Of a stretch of 64,000 nt of DNA, positions 28,176 to 43,920 are shown piece by piece (within the stretch, counting starts at the first letter, position 1; each line of letters opens with the position of its first letter). A program made the position numbers and the translations under genes. The stretch covers positions 62,992,001 to 63,056,000 of the forward strand of contig OZ024741.1 of NCBI GenBank assembly GCA_964016885.1, given 5' to 3'. The notes below the pieces were generated by a model, which searched no databases, was not told where the DNA came from, and saw nothing but the letters and a program-made list of their open reading frames with translations. This stretch comes from Eledone cirrhosa. Lineage: Eukaryota.

Positions 28176-31100
28176 CCCAATTCAATGATGTTCCAGAACA
28201 ATATAAAAGAGATAATTGGCAATTTAGGTTCTGGAACAAAAAAGATAATTAGCAATAAGGGCAGGAGCCCCAGGTTATCACAGCCTGGGCCCGTTCGTCA
28301 TCGTGCCATTGTAATAGAGCCAAACAAGGCATTTAGTCTTGGCTGCTGGAACGTACGGACGCTGCTTGACAGGGATTCCTTGGAGCGTCCTGAAAGAAGG
28401 ACCGCTCTTGTTGCAAAGGAGCTTCGACGTTACGATCTTGACATCGTGGCTTTATCTGAGACGAGGTTAGCTGGAGATGGTCATCTTACAGAATTTTGTG
28501 GAGAATATACATTCTTCTGGAAAGGAAGAGATGAAGGAACCAGAAGAGAGGCTGGGGTAGGATTTGCTGTTAAGACTGTACTTGTGAATAAATTAGAAGA
28601 ATTCCCAGTAGGAATTAGTGAGCGTCTTATGTCCATGAGAATTCCGCTGGACAAAGGAAGATATGCGACCCTGGTGAGTGTGTATGCTCCAACTATGAAT
28701 TCTGTCGATGAAGAAAAAGTGTCCTTTTACTATGCTTTGAAAGGTGTTTTAAGAAATATCCCTCAGGCAGACAAAGTCATCGTGCTTGGTGACTTTTATG
28801 CTAGAGTGGGTAGGGATTTTAACACATGGAATGTAATCGGAAGGCATGGGGTGGGAAAGTGTAACAACAATGGTATGCTCCTGCTGCAGATGTGTGAGGA
28901 GCTGGATCTGTGTGTTACCAACACCATGTTCCAACAAAAGAACAAATTCAAGACCACATGGATGCATCCTGCATCTAAGGAATGGCATCTTTTGGACTAC
29001 GCCCTAGTCAAGATGCGTGACAGACAGGATGGGCAGTGTGTTCGTGCTCTTCGTGGAGCTGAGTGCTGGACGGACCACCGCCTGGTACGCGCAAAAGTGA
29101 AACTAATCACTAAACGTAAAATCCGGGCTCCTGGTGTTGCCCTGCCCAAAAGATTGAATGCTGCTCGTCTTAAGGATAAAAATGTGAAGAGGACATTGGA
29201 AGAAGAAATGCAGGCTGCAGATCTTGGTGAGTATTGGCCGACCCTTAAAAAGTAGGTTTATGATGTAGGCAGGCGTGTTCTGGGATTGGTGCAGAGAAAA
29301 CATCAGGACTGGTTTAATGAGAATGATGTACATATAGAAGACTTGTTGGCTGATAAGAGGCGTGCTCTGTCACGCTACTTGACGGCAAAACCACAGGAGA
29401 GGAATACGTTGCATGAGGAACTCAAGGATGTAAAATCACGTGTTAGGCGGAGTCTTTCTCAGATGAAGGATCAGTGGTGGGGTGAGAAGGCTGGTGACAT
29501 ACAAACTGCGTCAGATTCCAATAACACAAAGCTGTTGTACAGTCTCTTGCGCGAGGTTTATGGACCGTCTTCTTCTATGGTGACACCGCTTCGCAGCAAG
29601 GATGGCAAAGAACTTCTTCGTGACTCACAAGGAATTCTACGAAGAGAATGGCGAGAGCACTTTGATGATCTTTTGAATCAGCCGTCTGTTGTCAGTGAAG
29701 ATTTCCTCAATCTCATTCCAGAAAGTCCTGTGAAAGTAGCTCTCGCAGAACCTCCGACGCTTGTGGAGGTTGCAGTGGCTATTTCGAAGCTGAACAGTGG
29801 AAGATCTCCAGGTATGGATGGCATACATGCTGAGCTCCTACAATATGGTGGTGAGAGACTCCTGCAACATCTTCACTCTTTGTTTGGCAGGATATGGGCT
29901 AATGAATCCGTACCTGAGGAGTGGAGAGATGCAGTAAGGGTGGTCTTGTACAAGGGAAAGGGTAACAGGAATGATTGTGGGAACTACAGAGGTATATCAT
30001 TGCTTTCTGTCGTAGGGAAAGTTTTATGTAGGGTGCTTCTGGATCGTCTGCTGACACACATTGCAGATTGTGTTCTTCCTGAAAGTCAATCTGGTTTTCG
30101 TGCTGGACGCGGCACTACTGAAATGATCTTCTCAGCTAGACAGCTCCAGGAGAAGTGCATGGAACAAGGCTTGGATCTGTATCAGGTTTTTGTCGATCTG
30201 ACAAAAGCTTTCGATACTGTTAACAGAAATGCATTATGGAAGGTTCTCCAGAAACTTGGTTGCCCTGATAAGTTCCTTGCTTTAGTTAGGTCTTTCCATG
30301 ACGACATGAAGGCTTGGGTTAATGTCGGAGGTAACATGTCGGAGCCTATCTCAGTAAAAAATGGAGTGAAGCAGGGGGATATTCCAGCACCGACCCTGTT
30401 TGCCATATACTTTGCAATGGTTTTCTGTATTGCATTCAGGAATTGCGAGCATGGTGTTTACATCCGATATCGAAACTCAGGCAGCATATTTAACATCAGG
30501 CGCTTTGCTGCAAAGACAAAAGTATTTACATCAATCATAAGAGACCTCTTGTATGCAGATGATTGCGATCTTGTAGCGCACACAGAGAGTGATATGCAGC
30601 CCATTTTGAATGCATTTTCTGACGCTTGCACTGCCCTAGGATTGACTGTCAGTCTCAAGAAAACCGTCGTCATGTACCAACCTGCCCCTGGTAAGCAGTA
30701 CACTGAACCAAATATATATGTGTATGGTAAACGACTTGGAGTGGTTTGATCAGTTTATCTACCTGGGAAGCACTGTCAATCGATACAGCAACCTTGACAG
30801 TGAAATCTCACTTAGGATTTGGAAAGCAAGTGATGCTTTCGGAAAGCTAGAAAGGCGACTCTGGGGTCGGCGAGACATATGCAGGAGGACAAAGGTAAAG
30901 GTGTACAAGGCATGTGTGTTCTCTTGTCTTCTTTATGCCTGCGAGACCTGGGTCACATATCGACACCACCTTAAGCAATTGGAGCGTTTCCATCAGATCT
31001 GTCTCAGACGGATCCATGGCGTTCACTGGAGGGACCACATCAGTGATGTCGAGATTTTGGAAAGCTCTATGTGTGACAGTATAGAAGCTCTTGTGCTTAA

Positions 31101-32030
31101 GCAACGACTCCGTTGGAGTGGTCACCTTGCCAGGATGAAGGATTCTAGAATACCAAAACAACTCTTTTATGGAGAGTTGGTTAAAGGAAAACGATCGCCA
31201 CATAAACCTAAAAAGAGGTATAAGGATTCCTTGAAAGCCTCTTTCAAAGACGCTAACATCTCTGCTGATACATGGGAAAATATTGCTGCTGATCGTAATA
31301 AATGGAGAAAACTGTATATGAGGGAAAAGTTGCCTTTGAGGCATCTCGAATCGCACACGAGAAAGTAAAGCGGGATGTGAGGAAGGGCATTGCTGCTGCA
31401 CTTCCAGACGGCGAGGGTCCTCCTATGGTGCTAACATGCAGCGTCTGTGCGAGACTCTGCCTAAGCAAAGCTGGACTCGAAAGTCATCTTCGCAGTCATA
31501 AAGTAAGACCAGTGATCGACTACCAGGCTGCTGTTGGAGATGCTACTCATCATGCTTGCCAAACATGTGGTAGAGAATGTAAATCAGCAGGAGGGCTCAA
31601 GCGACATGCAAAAGTACATGAACTCCAACCACAGCCGACTATTCTCAGTGAATGTTTTGGTTGCCGACTCTGTGCAAGACATTTTAGATCATTGGCTGGG
31701 CTAAAAAGCCACATTCGATCGCAGCGCTGTTAGGTGCTATCGTGTGTGTGTGTATAGATATGTTTATGTGTGTGCGTGTATGTGTATATATATATATATG
31801 TATATGTATATTATTATTGTTGTTGTCGTTATTATTATTGTTGTTATTATTATTATTATTGTTATTAATGTATATGTGTGTGTATATATATATATGTGTG
31901 TATATATGTATGTGTATGTGTGTGTATGTATATATATATATATATTTATATATTTCTTTTATTTATTATTTTTTTTTTTCACCTCGTGCAATGGCCAAAC
32001 TCGATAACGAGGGGGTAGCCATCATCATGT
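28176..32030 (+). mobile_element. Near-full-length RTE LINE
   Basis: The ORF above, followed by a 3' UTR ending ctcgataacgag...gccatcatc(atgt)n. Confidence 0.92.
28185..31733 (+). pseudogene. RTE-clade LINE ORF (APE endonuclease, RT, three C2H2 fingers) with one stop and two frameshifts
   Basis: WNVRTL, ALSETRL, SVYAPT, LGDF, LLDY, TDHRLV; NYRGISLLS, QSGFRAGRGT, FVDLTKAFD, GVKQGD, LLYADD, YLGS. In-frame TAG at 29253 and frameshifts near 30745 and 31315. Confidence 0.96.
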
Positions 32031-32132
32031 ATGTATGTATGCATGCATGTATGTATGTATGCATGCATATATGTATGCATGTATGAATGTATGTATGTAT
32101 TATGCATGTATGTATGTATGTATTTATGTATG

Positions 32133-32639
32133 CCAGGTCACTCTCGAGTGCTATTGGCAACATGAAACCCAGTACAACCTGTCTCATGGTCGGGTCATCG
32201 GCGACTAAACGGGCAACCCCACCAAGCTTGCTAGGTAAGGAGGGTGATGTTTGGACACCCTGCGGGATAAAATACAAGACCCGGCAAAGGGCGGAGGAAC
32301 TCAGCTGAGTCAACGGCCATCCAAATAGCACTTTTTGTTTCACCTGGGAGAGAAAGGCACCTAGTTGTTGATACAACACCTTTCTAAAAGAAGGAAACTG
32401 AAAAAAAAAACATTTGCGGCTTCGGAAGCATCCGATCATGTTGACCAGTTCTCCTTTTCGGGAAATGTTTTCGATGCTCAGAGAGTGGGAGTGGTCGAGT
32501 GCTAGGCCTTTCCCCACTTAAAAAAACCTTTTCAGGATCTGTTGCAGGTCCGTGTGGCTGGCGGTAGCCTAAAAGTGCACCATTTTCTGTAATCTGACAA
32601 GCAATTGCAATACTCTTAGCAGAGTTTGCAGCCATCATA
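32133..32639 (+). mobile_element. Second non-autonomous RTE derivative (same head, different body)
   Basis: cccagtacaacctgtctcatggtcgggtc head and a gcagccatcat(atgt)n tail. Confidence 0.75.
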
Positions 32640-32661
32640 TGTATGTATGTATGTATGTATC

Positions 32662-32699
<38 letters not shown>

Positions 32700-32821
32700 G
32701 GGGGGGGGGGGCGGAGACGGAACACCGACACAAGGGGATTGTTGTCTGCCGATAAACCATGCACAAACAATTTTGCGTTAGGTTAAAACGTTGTTAGGCT
32801 CTGAGTGTGTGGCTTACCTTT

Positions 32822-33862
32822 TTACTCTTATACTCTTTTACTCTTTTACCTGTTCCAGCCATCCGGCTGAGGACATGCTGGGCACCACCCTTGTTGCTAC
32901 ACGTTCTATCTCCAGCCTGTGTTGGTTGGCCATTCGTGTAAGAGGGAGATCGTTGCTGCGGCCCTTAGCTTACCTTCGTATCGTGCTGTGGTCTCATTTG
33001 GGATCTTGTATAGTAGAGTGTCAAGATGTTTCTTGAAAGAATCCACGTCCACACCAGGCAGATCTCTCAAATTTCTTGGCAGCTAGTTGAAGAGGTGAGG
33101 GCCTTTGAACCTCAGGTTATTGCAATATCTGCTCCTTACTCTAGATATGAAAGACGGGACTTTTGGCACCACACAGTGATGTCCTGTTCGGGGATTGGTT
33201 CAGCTCTCAATGCAAAGGTTTGGTGCTATTCCCTCCAGGATATTCCATATGTATATCACTGCGTATCTCTCCCGTCTTCGTTCCAAGGAGTAGAGATTGT
33301 GTTTGCTGGCTGGTATTGTAGGACTTGAAATTTTCCAGCATTAAACTGCATGTTGTTGTCCTTAGCCCATTTGTATATGGCATCCAGATCTTGTTGTAAA
33401 AGGGCAGCATCAGCCGGGTTTGTTATTGCCTGTGCTACCTTTGTGTCATCAGCATAGCTAGTGAGGGATGTTGTATGTAATACAGTGGGCATGTCTGAAA
33501 GAGCCACCAAACACAGTAGTGGTCCAAAGACTGTGCCCTGGGCCACACCACTTATTACTGATGTTTCCTTTGAGAGAGCTCCATTGGCTGCAACTATCTG
33601 GCTTCTGTATTTTAAGAAATGATGCTGCCACTCACCTACTTTTCCAGTTATACCAAGTCTATGTAGTTTGTGACATATCATTCCGTGGTCGACCTTGTCA
33701 AAGGCCTTTGCAAAGTCAAGATATATCACGTCCACACGTCAGCTGTCCTGCAGTTGTTTCAGTACCCAGCCATTGTGTTGTAACAGGTGTATAAGACAGC
33801 TTCTTCCCATGCCGGGTGCTAGTTAGGCGGTCATTTTCCTCGAGGAACGTGATCAGTTTCTT
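32822..33862 (-). mobile_element. CR1-group LINE 3' fragment
   Basis: DVIYLDFAKAFDKVDHG, SGVAQGTVFGP, YADDTK and NNMQFNAGKFQ. Tail ends in (gtaaaaga)n. Confidence 0.92.
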
Positions 33863-34079
33863 TTTTATATATATTACACCAGGGACCGTCAAGAAGAATG
33901 CGTATAAATAGTTCGTCATAGCATCAAAGAAGTATGGAATTAGGAGTATACAGTATAGATCAACTTCGGGAGTATACTAACATAGATGCAAACTGGATCA
34001 CTATCGTCAAGTAGGTTTATGCTTATAAGTTTGGTCATTTCAATATCATTTCAATAACATTTCAATATTAAAGAACCCC

Positions 34080-34440
34080 ATGCAGGTCACACTGTTTCAC
34101 CTCCGTGGAGAGTGGCACAATGAACATGAGTTTCGTCTCAAAGCATATGCAGAAGACTTGTAAGGAACAACACAAAGTCTAGGTCATTGCAGATGTGATT
34201 CAATAGCTGAAATTTTTTGTGCTCGCTCAAATTTGTGAATCTGTTATACCAGGGATGATGGCTCAAGTTGATATTCGATAGATGAAATCGAAACATTCAG
34301 AGTAAAATCAAGAATTAGAAAGGGTTGTGTGCTGTTTAATAATTCTTTTGTATATGTGATTACATTGATAACCAGAATTATAGAAAGGAAATTGTACCTT
34401 TATAATCTTCACATTTCATGAAAACATCTTCAGAATGCGA
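34080..34440 (+). pseudogene. Highly degraded RTE RT remnant
   Basis: SGTMNMSFVSKHMQKTCKEQ resembles RGTTEMIFSARQLQEKCMEQ, and RKGCVL is present. Confidence 0.4.
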
Positions 34441-34596
34441 GTATAGAGAGCCCCACTAAGTTCATTAAACAAAAGAAGTTATTGCTGAAACTACGAACTA
34501 AGAGCCACTTTGTTTTGTAAAAGAATATGTCCACATTTACTTAATGTTTGAACGTGTGATGTACACCAGTATATAGAAGACCCTCTTCGGGATGAA

Positions 34597-34644
<48 letters not shown>

Positions 34645-34680
34645 GAAAAGTCAGTGATACATCTGAACTCAATTTATTGT

Positions 34681-34768
34681 GTGTTACAATTGTTTCGCCG
34701 GCAGACAGCTCGAGACACGATCATTGTGTGGATCTGTCTGATTCTGGACCTGCAGGTTCGACAGACAC
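34681..34768 (-). ncRNA. HHR-like motif with a long stem II and a mutated core
   Basis: GTGT/ACAC, CTGTCGA, CAGACAG/CTGTCTG stem, GAAA-CAATTG-TA, then AATAAA. Confidence 0.6.
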
Positions 34769-35006
34769 TTCTAATGACTTCGGATCAAATTTTCTCACTG
34801 GGGTGTTAGCGTAAAAAAACATCCTCTTCGCTCGTCCTGCTATTGGCTGTTGTTTTTCTACGTCATCATAAATTTTGACAAACAGGTCCTGTCTAACTGA
34901 CCATCAGCTCTCCTTTTTTCTGCCACACTTCAATGAATCCCTGCTGGGTTTGGTAGTTCACACGTCCACGCGCGCACTCACACACATATATATATATATA
35001 TACACT

Positions 35007-35040
<34 letters not shown>

Positions 35041-35065
35041 CTGTCGGGTTTACATGCTATTTAGC

Positions 35066-37000
<1,935 letters not shown>

Positions 37001-37113
37001 GCTAAATACCATGTAAACCCGACAGTTCAAGCTGTGGAAATTCTGCAACCACGAAACTCGACTCGATATAGCAATAGGGAGTATATTTCGCCTTTAGTCA
37101 TACCTTAGTATTT

Positions 37114-37213
<100 letters not shown>

Positions 37214-37860
37214 GATATATATATATATGTATGTCACACATTGTGTCACGCTGAATCTCTCTCAGAACCACGTTAAGGGTCCATGTGTCTATGGAACGCT
37301 CATCCACTTACATATTATTTTTTACGAGCAGGGGCTGATCCGTTAGTTGAATCAGCTGTAGTACTTATCCTCGGGAACGACGGAGGCCGATCTTATACAG
37401 TACACGCATACACGTATATATATATATATATAGAATAAGGAAAAGCGAAGTAGTTTCAGTCCCCTCTGGCTCTCGGCTGACTGCCACAGCCGTGATGGGT
37501 AGCAGTAAAATATGGTACAGGCATTGGTGGGCCATTGTTTTGGATGACAGGGTGATGTGACTAAGCAAATTTCGTTGAAGTCTGCGGTGGCGAATGGTCA
37601 ACTTCGATATTTACTCCGTCACTCCTATGTGGAAAAAGTACGTTGAGTGCTTGAATTGAATTGCCTCAATGTTTACCCTAATATATATATATATATATAA
37701 AATTCAGGTTATCAATAATGTAGTGATAATATATCGTTACGTTAGAGATGAACAGCGTACGTGTAGGTTTGTTCAACGAGTATAAATTATATTCCGGAGA
37801 AAATGTAGAAAAGATGAATATAAAATGAAAGTGCTTTTTTAAAAAAAAAGGAATTTATTA

Positions 37861-37980
37861 GGTATTGACATATGTTTCTGTAACAGACGGAATACCTATG
37901 TATCGCTGCTTGCGTAATCATATAATGTTAGCAAGTATTCGATAGCAAATGTATAATCAGTTGTCACTTCTTCAGAGATT
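37861..37980 (-). ncRNA. HHR-like motif with a ~90-nt stem II
   Basis: CTGAAGA, GTGACA/TGTTAC base of stem II, GAAA-CATATG-TC. Stem I is degenerate. Confidence 0.5.
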
Positions 37981-38125
37981 TTGGATAAACTGGAAAAAAT
38001 CAGAAAAATTGAAGTATTCATATTAGTTGTAATAGAGGAAGAAGAGAGGGGATAGTATATGACAGATGGTAATTCAATTTACTGCTAAACAAGTATATAA
38101 AGGGTTTCTAATGAGAATACAATGA

Positions 38126-38344
<219 letters not shown>

Positions 38345-38760
38345 CCTAAGAGTGAGTGTGTGTAGACACACTGATATTTAGTTTCTAAACGGAAGCTGAT
38401 AATCGATTATTGGCATATAATCTGGTTTGGGTCATAGAGGTCATGACTCTTGGGTAAAAATATTATCTCTTTAAAACCGCAAATAAGTCTAACGCTAAAT
38501 ATTCTCCGATTTAATGTTGTTTATGTGATAGTAATTCAATCAATATTCTCTTTGTATGTTTTAGTACAATTTATCGGTATCCCAGTCAGACACGTATAAA
38601 AAAATACATGCTTATTCATATACAGTAATTCTTACATATACATGAATATATTAATGCAAATACATATACAGTCTCTTTCTTCCTTCCCTCTATCTCACTA
38701 TTTCCCACACAAATCTCCCGCTCTCTCTCTTTCTCTCTATGTATATATATATATATATAT

Positions 38761-39020
38761 TCAGAATTCGGTTAAATTCACAACATTTTCATCTGTCGAA
38801 TATGCACTAAGTAGACATTTAATCCTTAAATCCATAAGACGTATGTTGATCTGATGAACTGCCGAAGCAATAACTTTCTCAGAAAAACGCGTGTAATTGA
38901 CAGATAAAAATTCTGTAAATTTAACTAAATTTTGTATTTTACAACTCTTCTCTAGGACTGGGTACTTTGCCAACTTTGGGTATATTTGTTACGAAATTCA
39001 CTATATCGTATATCAAGCAT
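38761..39020 (+). mobile_element. Fold-back element with an HHR (38844-38902)
   Basis: TGTTGAT/ATTGACA, CTGATGA, AAAC-GCGT-GTA. 38762-38800 is inverted at ~38896-38935. Confidence 0.6.
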
Positions 39021-39099
39021 GAACCTTTTATATATTTAATTTTCCTTCCTCTATTTGATTTTCTTTAATTTATTAACTATATATATATATATTAACTAT

Positions 39100-39210
39100 A
39101 TTAATCTGTATTTTAATAAATATTTGCTCTACGGTTCTTATATATTTGATATATATTTATCCTTATCGAGCCCTCTTTGGATTTTAGTCTTCAAATTTAT
39201 TATTATTGCT
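39100..39210 (+). mobile_element. Family E tail fragment
   Basis: Matches 58475-58570 and the reverse complement of 49670-49770. Confidence 0.75.
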
Positions 39211-39215
39211 ATTAA

Positions 39216-39284
<69 letters not shown>

Positions 39285-39302
39285 ATATATATATATATAT
39301 AT

Positions 39303-39352
<50 letters not shown>

Positions 39353-39356
39353 CTAT

Positions 39357-39408
<52 letters not shown>

Positions 39409-39430
39409 AAAAAAGATGAAATCGAAAATG

Positions 39431-39867
39431 CAAAGATACGTAGCGACACCTGCTGAGCATGTGATCAATAAGTAACTATTATGAACATCTTGATTCTGAA
39501 GATGGAAACGTGATTGCTTTGAAACGTTAATGCACACATGGACTTGGAAAAGCAACAGTTACAAACTATGTATAAAGAAATAAAATACAAGTACAACACA
39601 TCTTTTACGAAGTTGTTCAGAATGGAATATAAGGAGTTTTGAACATATATATATGTAATATAAATATGAATAACGAACACCTTTTATTTCAAACCACTTA
39701 TATTCGAAACTCGTTTATATTCCATTCTGAACAACTTCGTACAGGATCTGTTGTACTTGCATTTTATTTCTTTATACATCGTTTGTAACTGTAGCTTTTC
39801 AGAATCAAGATGTTCATAATAGTTGCTTATTGATCACATGCTCAGCAGGTGTCGTTACGTATCTTTG
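39431..39867. repeat. Convergent inverted repeat; left arm has an HHR-like motif (39493-39531)
   Basis: ATT-CTGAAGA...GAAA-CG-TT-AAT. This segment is deleted in the right arm. Confidence 0.7.
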
Positions 39868-39905
39868 GCGTAGTAAAGGGTCTTGGATCCTTGTCCTTCA
39901 TATTC

Positions 39906-40054
<149 letters not shown>

Positions 40055-40199
40055 TGTGTGTGTGTTTGTGTGTGTGTGTATGTGTGTGTGATGTGTGTGT
40101 AGGTATATGTGTTTGTGTGTGGGGAATTCTGAAGCTTCTTGGAAAATATTGGTAGAACAATAAATGAAGTGGTAACATAATTATTTTAACAAAATATAA

Positions 40200-41060
40200 C
40201 TGAAAATAGGCAATATTCCATTGAGATATGATTGATTAATAATTCCTCAATATGCAATGCTTGTCAAGTAGTTCCAGAACAGAAGCGTTATATATTTATG
40301 TATTGTTTCCCGTGTGATATACAGTGCCAAGACACGTAAATATTTTCACCTCTTCAAGTTCATGTTCAAAACACACGCGAGCAGAGGAAGCGAGTCTTTT
40401 AATGATGTATTTATGCTTACGAATGTATGGCTGTCTTTGCAGTATGGGACTACCTTTCAGGGTATGCAAATCCACACCTTAGGAAATCTTTTAGCGAATT
40501 TACAATTGCGGATTGCTCAGTAAATAGTGATCGATGTTTCTCCAAGTATTCGCCACTTCAGATCTTTTGTTCAAAGTTATAAAAGGCTCAAGTAGAATGT
40601 TGCATTTCCTAGAGAGGCAGATATATAACTTTCGTAATCGCTTCATGTTGGGACGTGTATTTTATAACAGACAAATCGAGCTTCTAATGTTAATATTGTT
40701 ATCATTTAAAGAATAAAGCTGAAAGATCTGTTTCAAACAAACTGGAGCATGTATTTATGTGAGAATCATATTTTGTAATGATCTTCAATAGGTCATATAT
40801 AGGTTTCTGGCTCAGTGTCATCTGAAAAGTATAATTTATTTCCATAAACTAATGCAAAGACGTACACTGTTGAGATGGCAGATATTAAAATTGCTTCAAT
40901 AAGTGCAAAAAGAGATATTTACTGAATTCATAGGAGTTCTTGCAATAGCAATTCTTTTTCTGCAATTATAATGTACCTTAAGCCTATTTTTAACAAAGAT
41001 CTTTTGACATCAATGGCCTAGTGGAAAAAGAACAAAATATAAGGCTTCACGAGATAGTGG
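40200..41060 (-). pseudogene. Highly degraded RTE-like RT remnant
   Basis: LEEVKIFTCLGTV resembles LEVVDQFIYLGSTV. Confidence 0.35.
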
Positions 41061-41204
41061 CAATAGTTTTCGTATTTTTTAATATGTAGTTATGAATATT
41101 ATAGCACTTCTGCATGTAATATATTGAATGTATTACAGACGAGATGATTCAAATACATGCATTGTATACTGCCACTCATTTATAAACACAAACACAAACT
41201 TTCA

Positions 41205-41294
<90 letters not shown>

Positions 41295-41297
41295 TAT

Positions 41298-41340
<43 letters not shown>

Positions 41341-41389
41341 TGTGTGTAAATATATACATACATGTAAATATATATATATACATATAAAT

Positions 41390-41423
<34 letters not shown>

Positions 41424-41439
41424 ATATATATACATATAC

Positions 41440-41476
<37 letters not shown>

Positions 41477-41540
41477 AAAAACTAAAACAGTAACAAAGAG
41501 TGCAGTACGAACAGTGTTGGTATACATATATATATATGTA

Positions 41541-41700
41541 GACGGAAAATTGGCAGAGTCGTTAGAACGTCGAATAGAATGATTTATGCTATTTGTTCGG
41601 GCACTCTGCTCTTTGTGTTCAAATCCTATCGAGGTCAACTTTGCCTTTCATCCTTTCGAGGTCGATAAAATGTACCAGTCTAGTACTAGGGTCGATTCTT
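41541..41700 (+). mobile_element. Nin/Deu-like tRNA SINE
   Basis: tggcagagtcg A-box-like motif, gtgttcaaatcc and ctttgcctttcatcctttcgaggtcgataaaa. Confidence 0.8.
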
Positions 41701-41864
41701 CCTCTATATCTCTTTTTCATTTCATTTCTCTCACTTTCTCTCTTTCTCTGGAAGAAATCTTCCTGGAGAGGGACGGGCTCTGCAAGGCGTGAAATGCCCA
41801 AGAAACGCTGTATGTCAATACGGCGCACCTACGAATCTATCAGGATATATATATGTATCTATAT

Positions 41865-42520
41865 TTATTATTAGTATAGATTAAAAGTTTAAGCAATAAA
41901 TTACTGCTTTCACCCTAGGTGGGATCTTTTAAAACTGAGAAAAAATAATCCATAGAAGCAAAACTAATGCAACCAAATATTATCTTTAGAAAAAAAGGAA
42001 GACATAACGGCAAAACATGAAGATATTCTCTTGTGATAGACGAAATGTATGCAAGGATAGCGAGAAGAACAAATACTTGCAATGGAAAAAATCTATTCTT
42101 AGTATAAAAATATCAGGAGATATTCTTTTTAGAATAGCCGAATGATTTCCGGCTACCATATATGGAAAATAATGTCAATAAAAGTAAAATGATTAAACAT
42201 AAAAATTCTGAAGGTATCAATAATAGTAAAAGTAATATATATAACGAGAACAGTAATAGTAATGTTTAAGGATTTAGGCCCGCACATAAGTATTCGCTGG
42301 TCGATGTGGATGCATGCATCAAAAAGGATATAGTGTATAAAAATTATAAACACACTTATACATATATACACATGTACATCTGTGCCTGTATACATTTATG
42401 CGCATGTGCGCCCACAAATGTGTACGTACACATACATACATATACTCGCATATATGCAAATATGGATGTATATTTATGTGCATACACCTACTTACCTATA
42501 AAAATATACATACTCATATA
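41865..42520 (-). mobile_element. Diverged family E PLE 3' end
   Basis: Degenerate HHR at ~41884-41936 (tgctttcaccc..gggatc). The flank resembles 49780-50300. Confidence 0.5.
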
Positions 42521-42560
42521 TATATATCTATATATCTCGCTCTCTCTCTCTCTCCTCTCG

Positions 42561-42610
<50 letters not shown>

Positions 42611-43213
42611 TTTTTGTAGAGTGCTAGTAGCAGTGTTGAATAGGAAACGCAATTTTTAGATTTGAAAAACAAAACAATGCGTTATGAAGAATGTTAAATT
42701 GCCAAGATAACAAAAGAATCTTACCTTAGCAAATTTAAAGATCCCAAATATTTTCAGTTTAAAAACCCATTATCAAGGGAGTAACCCTTTGAGAGACTTA
42801 GAAATCGATCGGAATCACTTGCTTGTTTGGAAGCAAATTTAAGTTAAATTAAATGAAAATACGTTAAAATTTCGAACGTACGTGTTGTGAAATGTATGAA
42901 ATGTATGATATATACATGTGTGTGCGAGAATGTCTGTATGCGTGTGCATAAATATTTATGTAGTAAAGGATATGTGCAAATATGTATATAATAAAACGGA
43001 AAAAATATGTGTGCGATATATGTATATGTGTGTGTGAGTCAAAGTGTGTTTGACTAGTGCGGACATAGATTTAATTTGAAAGAAAGAATGAAACTGGCCG
43101 TTGGGATGTTGGAATACAGGCTTTTAAATTAGCCCTTCTGGTGCAGTCTTTCCATTCGACTATTGATCCTGGGTTTTAATTGCTTGATTAAGAGCAATTA
43201 TATATATATATAC

Positions 43214-43400
<187 letters not shown>

Positions 43401-43545
43401 CAGAGAGTATAACGTGTAGTTACGGTAGGTTCACCCAGATGAGCACTCGATGTTTAGGTTCATGCATTTAGCGAAGTGTAGAGCTAAAGAGTGTAAATAT
43501 AATAATACACGGACAAATTGTTAAGTCTTCATTACGTTTGTTGAT

Positions 43546-43632
43546 TGGTGACGCGCGTTTCGCTATTGATAAACTCAAGGTTCGACCTGTATCGATCTTA
43601 CCCGATTGTGGAATGAAAAGCTCATCGGAGCT
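43546..43632 (-). ncRNA. HHR-like motif (CCGATGA core, long stem II)
   Basis: CCGATGA-GCT...AGC-GAAA-CGCGCG-TC. Stem I is weak. The tail carries TCGAGTGCT at ~43442-43450. Confidence 0.55.
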
Positions 43633-43782
43633 CTGCTGTTGTAATAAGCGTCAATTGTTGAATTATCCAATCCTTATTCATTTAAAGCTTGTTTGATGTT
43701 TCACTGTAGACACATAGAGGCTCGTATGTAGAAATCGACATGAGATTTCCTTTTATACACATACACACATCTATTTTTATAA

Positions 43783-43883
<101 letters not shown>

Positions 43884-43887
43884 CGTG

Positions 43888-43920
<33 letters not shown>

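Noticed and set aside
31302-31733. Host C2H2 zinc-finger gene
   Set aside because: It is the frameshifted C-terminus of the RTE ORF.
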